Assembly (NCBI GenBank): GCA_016181055.1
Contig: JACOZZ010000056.1
Span: 1-18,503 of the forward strand
DNA from: Candidatus Yanofskybacteria bacterium
GTDB taxonomy: Bacteria > Patescibacteriota > Minisyncoccia > 2-02-FULL-40-12 > IGHO2-01-FULL-4-A
Direction of reading: 5' to 3'
DNA length: 18,503 nt
Shown: piece by piece, positions 15,286 through 18,503 of the stretch
Layout of the letters: each line of letters starts with the position of its first letter
Numbering within the stretch: position 1 is the stretch's first letter
Program-made: the position numbers and the translations under genes
The notes under the pieces: model-generated
Databases searched by the model: none
Seen by the model: the letters and a program-made list of their open reading frames with translations, nothing else
Told to the model about the DNA's origin: nothing

Positions 15286-16020
15286 CTATTTCCCGAATTT
15301 TCTTTCACGTTTGCCGTACTCTTCCACGATTTTTTTAAACTCTTGTTCCGAAAAATTGGGCCACAAGGTTTTGGAGTAACGGGTTTCCGAATCTGTGGCG
15401 TGGAGCATCATAAAACCGGAACTATTGTGTGACCAGTTTTCCTGCGTTTCCCCAGTCCTTATCACGATATCAACCGGCGGTAATTCGCTTGTCCAAGCCG
15501 CTTGTCTGATTGTTTCAAAATCAAGCGGTTGGGATGGTTCCCCTGTGAGCTTGAGAAACCAGAAATAAAGATTTTTCTGAACCGCTTCAACCAGTTCGGT
15601 TGTACCGTTATACCCCAATAAAATAGTGAGATTGTGTTTGTCAAAAAGACGGGTTTTATTTTCTAGGTCATCAATAATATGAGCAAGACAATCAAAATTA
15701 CTTTTATTTTTCCACCCTCCCAAAACCCTTAATCGTATCTGGTTTTTTAGAAGATCGTCTGCCATAGGGCCGCATAAACTTTCTTGCATAAGGGAAATTA
15801 AGCCGTTTATTTCAGCGGAAGCCCTTTTGCTTAAATTGTCTTCAGACATAGCCCAAAATGTGAAATAGGGAATGCCAAGATCAAACGCAAATTTGCTGAT
15901 TTCATGAAATCTTTCTCTCCCTTTCAAATGGCCCGTAAAGGAAGTAAGACCGAAGTGTTTTGCCCAACGCCTATTTCCATCGGGTATGACAGCGATATGT
16001 CTCGGTAGTTTTTGCTCCAT
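15286..16020 (-). CDS. uppS: cis-Prenyltransferase (undecaprenyl-diphosphate synthase family), divergent
   Basis: Motifs present: HIAVIPDGNRRWA, MSEDNLSKR (compare SxENxxR), LGYNG, IVIRTGE and WPNF. The segment between IRTG and WPNF departs from the canonical GGExRxSNFLLWQ. Confidence 0.75.
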   Translation of the reverse strand: MEQKLPRHIAVIPDGNRRWAKHFGLTSFTGHLKGRERFHEISKFAFDLGIPYFTFWAMSEDNLSKRASAEINGLISLMQESLCGPMADDLLKNQIRLRVLGGWKNKSNFDCLAHIIDDLENKTRLFDKHNLTILLGYNGTTELVEAVQKNLYFWFLKLTGEPSQPLDFETIRQAAWTSELPPVDIVIRTGETQENWSHNSSGFMMLHATDSETRYSKTLWPNFSEQEFKKIVEEYGKRERKFGK

Positions 16021-16073
16021 CGCTACCCCGCTTATTAAAGAACTTTAAAAAATACGTCGTGGCTATTTTATAG

Positions 16074-16079
16074 TATAAT
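16074..16079 (+). promoter_or_regulatory. -10 box (TATAAT) 6 nt upstream of ATG 16086 (leaderless)
   Basis: A consensus TATAAT is followed by aattat and then the ATG. There is no Shine-Dalgarno, and the -35 is poor. Confidence 0.35.
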
Positions 16080-16085
16080 AATTAT

Positions 16086-16718
16086 ATGAAGTCAATTAGA
16101 AAACATATTTTTCCAAATTTAAGCAAGCGGGAGCTTAATCTGTTTCGCCGACTGAATACGCCCAAAAAAATACAGAATTTTCTGGAGAAAGTGCCTATCA
16201 ATTTTGACCATCATAGGGATACCTGCGTGTCGCCTCGGGTCATGCTCAAGAAAAATAAAGCGCACTGCATTGAAGCGGCGTTTTTTGCGGCGGCGGTATT
16301 ATGGTTCCATGGGTACAAACCACTGCTTTTGGATTTGCAGGCCACAGATGACGATTATGACCACGTGGTGGCGTTATTTCACCGTAATGGCTGTTGGGGT
16401 GCGATTAGCAAGACGAACCACGCCGTTTTGCGCTATAGGGAGCCAGTTTATAGAAACATCCGTGAATTGGCAATGTCATATTTTCACGAATATTTTGACG
16501 ATAATGGCAAAAAAAACATGCGCGCCTACTCTCAGCCGTTTAATCTTGCCCGCCTTGGCAAGAAATGGATTATTTCGGAAAAAGACCTTTGGCATGTTGC
16601 CCAAGCACTGGACGACTCCCCGCATCATAAAATATTAACCAAAGTTATGATCGCCGGCCTTCGCCGTGCGGATAAAGTTGAGATTAGGGCCGGAAAGATA
16701 GTGCAGTGGAAAAAATAA
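16086..16718 (+). CDS. Transglutaminase-like / papain-fold cysteine peptidase superfamily protein
   Basis: KAHCIEAAFFAAAVLWFHGYKP resembles the transglutaminase-core Cys helix. DHVVALFHRNGCWGAISKTN resembles the downstream His-strand/Asp(Asn) motif (H.W.E....G.W...D). There is no signal peptide. Confidence 0.45.
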   Translation: MKSIRKHIFPNLSKRELNLFRRLNTPKKIQNFLEKVPINFDHHRDTCVSPRVMLKKNKAHCIEAAFFAAAVLWFHGYKPLLLDLQATDDDYDHVVALFHRNGCWGAISKTNHAVLRYREPVYRNIRELAMSYFHEYFDDNGKKNMRAYSQPFNLARLGKKWIISEKDLWHVAQALDDSPHHKILTKVMIAGLRRADKVEIRAGKIVQWKK

Positions 16719-16749
16719 ACGTCTCGTTCCAGCGAGCCGTTTATTTTTT
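16717..16749. terminator. Bidirectional terminator shared by the convergent peptidase-like genes
   Basis: aaacg-t-ctcg-ttccag-cgag-c-cgttt followed by attttttg on the plus strand. The minus-strand reading is also followed by a T-rich run. It overlaps both stop codons. Confidence 0.6.
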
Positions 16750-17232
16750 GACTGCCAATAACCACTGCGTGGCTTCTTCATCCCACCAGTTTTTGAGGAA
16801 ATATTTAATGGCGTAACTGTGATTGGTGCCGAACCAAGTGTCGTGGAAGAAAATTCTCTTGGCCGTAATTTTTTTGACTATAGAGTAATGGCTTTCTTTA
16901 TGCGAGGGAATCCAGTAGGCGACAACAACCCAATGGTTTTTTAAATATTTCTTGAGGTCCTTGGCTGCGGCATTTTCTTTGACACGGAATTTAACCCCGT
17001 TTTTTCCTAAGAGCCGCAATAAGTTGATGTTGCCGGTGCCCCTTCGAGGAGTAGCCCGCAGTTTCTTGACGATTTCCCTTATATCCATTCTAGTATCATA
17101 ATAATGCAACAAAATCCTTGCTACTGCCGGTCCGCAAGTCCAGCCATTAGGTTGTTTGTAGGAGTAACTTAAAAGTCTCATGTTGAGGCCAAGGTAAAGG
17201 AAGGCAGGACTTAAGTCAAATAAGTTTTCCAC
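16741..17232 (-). CDS. Peptidase C39-like (C39_2) papain-fold cysteine peptidase domain protein
   Basis: QPNGWTCGPAVARILLHYY is the Gln...Cys-Gly-Pro catalytic-Cys motif of C39-like domains, and ESHYSIV supplies the His. The track start is GTG 17232; ATG 17181 (MRLLSYSYKQ) is an alternative. There is no signal peptide and no ABC-transporter fusion. Confidence 0.6.
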   Translation of the reverse strand: MENLFDLSPAFLYLGLNMRLLSYSYKQPNGWTCGPAVARILLHYYDTRMDIREIVKKLRATPRRGTGNINLLRLLGKNGVKFRVKENAAAKDLKKYLKNHWVVVAYWIPSHKESHYSIVKKITAKRIFFHDTWFGTNHSYAIKYFLKNWWDEEATQWLLAVKK

Positions 17233-17392
17233 ATTGCAATTATGCGTCGTTTTTGCTATATCTTAAAACAGTTTGTCTTCGCTGGGTCGTGGCGAGGCAG
17301 CAATATAAGAAGGCATTGAGTGTAAAAATATAAATAATAATTGCAGTTTTCTTCGGCTGGGTTAGCAGGGGTAAACTGCTCATTTAAGACAT

Positions 17393-18088
17393 ATGAATTT
17401 AAAAAAGAATTCGGTAATTTATTCTACAATTTTAGCCCTTGCTGTTTTTGGAATGCTTGGGTGGTCCTTGGCAATAAATAGGGGCGGAGAGGTAAGAGCT
17501 GACGATGAAAACAATACGACAGTTGACGAGGAAACATTGGAAGATCTCTATGAGTCCGTTTTCCATCGGCCGGCTGACGCTAGCGGCAAGGCATTTCACC
17601 GCGGCCGTAAGTTGAAAGACGTCCTAAGGGATTTCAAGAATTCCCAAGAGATGAGATATTACGGAGCTTTGTTCAAGGCAGTAAAATCATACGAAGAAGC
17701 TCAGCGCGCGCCGGGCACTTTAACCGAAACAGAAAAACAAAGCTACCTAGACCTTATAGATTCGGCTTTGTCTAATTTACTGGCTTGGGTCGCGACATTG
17801 CCAGATCAAGATGCCTGTAAGGGCACAGTCGGTGCTATTGAGGCTAGAGATGCTATTCAAGCTGCTTATGACGGTATGAGTCCGGTTGCAAGAGCTGCCG
17901 CGGAAAAGGGGATTTTCAAGGCTCTCAAGGAACTGGGCAAACCAAGAAATCTCGCCGTACATCCAAAATGCTTGAGAATGCCAACTCCATCTGTGTCGCC
18001 GTCCGCATCACCAACCGCCATTCCGACCGCCACTCCTACTGCTACTCCGACTCCTACAGCCACGCCGACGCCGACAGCTACTCCTTAA
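17393..18088 (+). CDS. Membrane-anchored/secreted protein with a DUF4214-like segment and a C-terminal Pro/Thr-rich tail
   Basis: An N-terminal hydrophobic anchor (VIYSTILALAVFGMLGW) is followed by LYESVFHRPADASGKAFH, which resembles the DUF4214 motif LY..(L/F).R..D..G. The last 35 residues are a PT/PS repeat. Confidence 0.55.
   Translation: MNLKKNSVIYSTILALAVFGMLGWSLAINRGGEVRADDENNTTVDEETLEDLYESVFHRPADASGKAFHRGRKLKDVLRDFKNSQEMRYYGALFKAVKSYEEAQRAPGTLTETEKQSYLDLIDSALSNLLAWVATLPDQDACKGTVGAIEARDAIQAAYDGMSPVARAAAEKGIFKALKELGKPRNLAVHPKCLRMPTPSVSPSASPTAIPTATPTATPTPTATPTPTATP
17981..18085 (+). repeat. Imperfect tandem coding repeat encoding (T-P-T-A / S-P-S)n
   Basis: The DNA reads as degenerate ACN-CCN-ACN-GCN units (ccgaccgccactcctactgctactccgactcctacagccacgccgacgccgacagctactcct) and encodes PTPSVSPSASPTAIPTATPTATPTPTATPTPTATP. 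Confidence 0.75.
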
Positions 18089-18103
18089 TGTAAGTTATGG
18101 TGC

Positions 18104-18150
18104 AAATAAAACTAAAACCCCGCTGTTGAGGCGGGGTTTTAGTTTTATTT
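18104..18150. terminator. Bidirectional intrinsic terminator between convergent genes
   Basis: Perfect 20-bp stem: aaataaaactaaaaccccgc (18104-18123) pairs with gcggggttttagttttattt (18131-18150), with a 7-nt loop. The arms are A-rich and T-rich on the outside, so it suits both strands. Confidence 0.85.
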
Positions 18151-18164
18151 GATTAATTTTCTGA

Positions 18165-18503
<339 letters not shown>

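Noticed and set aside
16204-16638. 144-aa alternate-frame ORF within 16086-16718
   Set aside because: It is on the same strand but out of frame with the longer ORF, which carries the recognisable Cys/His motifs. Its Arg/Cys/Trp-rich translation looks non-biological.

Overview
The window is a compact, mostly plus-strand bacterial chromosomal segment of about 45% GC. Short intergenic gaps and several overlapping start/stop codons are compatible with a reduced genome such as CPR/Patescibacteria, but that placement is only inference. I found no rRNA, tRNA, CRISPR array, transposase or integrase.

Genes I recognise:
- class II (B12-dependent) ribonucleotide reductase nrdJ
- a xylose-isomerase-like TIM-barrel gene divergent from nrdJ
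- a DUF1573 protein
- a CcdA/DsbD-type thiol-disulfide transporter
- a GT35 alpha-glucan phosphorylase
- a P1B-type copper ATPase
- a VIT1/CCC1-family transporter
- uppP, split by an in-frame TAG
- an SDR oxidoreductase
- a DoxX membrane protein
- a divergent uppS
- two convergent papain-fold cysteine-peptidase-like genes
- a DUF4214-like secreted protein with a Pro/Thr tail
- the 3' end of tgt, running off the right edge on the minus strand and absent from the ORF track

The best candidate for something undescribed is 4.1-7.5 kb. Here a CcdA electron transporter sits among Cys/His/Met-motif envelope proteins, with no recognisable thioredoxin-fold partner, and lies next to a copper ATPase that has CPD in place of the canonical CPC motif.

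Other points worth a second look:
- an interleaved four-copy inverted repeat at 5162-5228
- the amber-interrupted uppP
- four promoters whose -10 box lies 6-8 nt upstream of an ATG, suggesting leaderless mRNAs
- a frame-ambiguous micro-ORF locus after the ATPase
- a 185-nt stem-loop-rich leader upstream of doxX

All family assignments come from motif recognition by eye, not from database searches.
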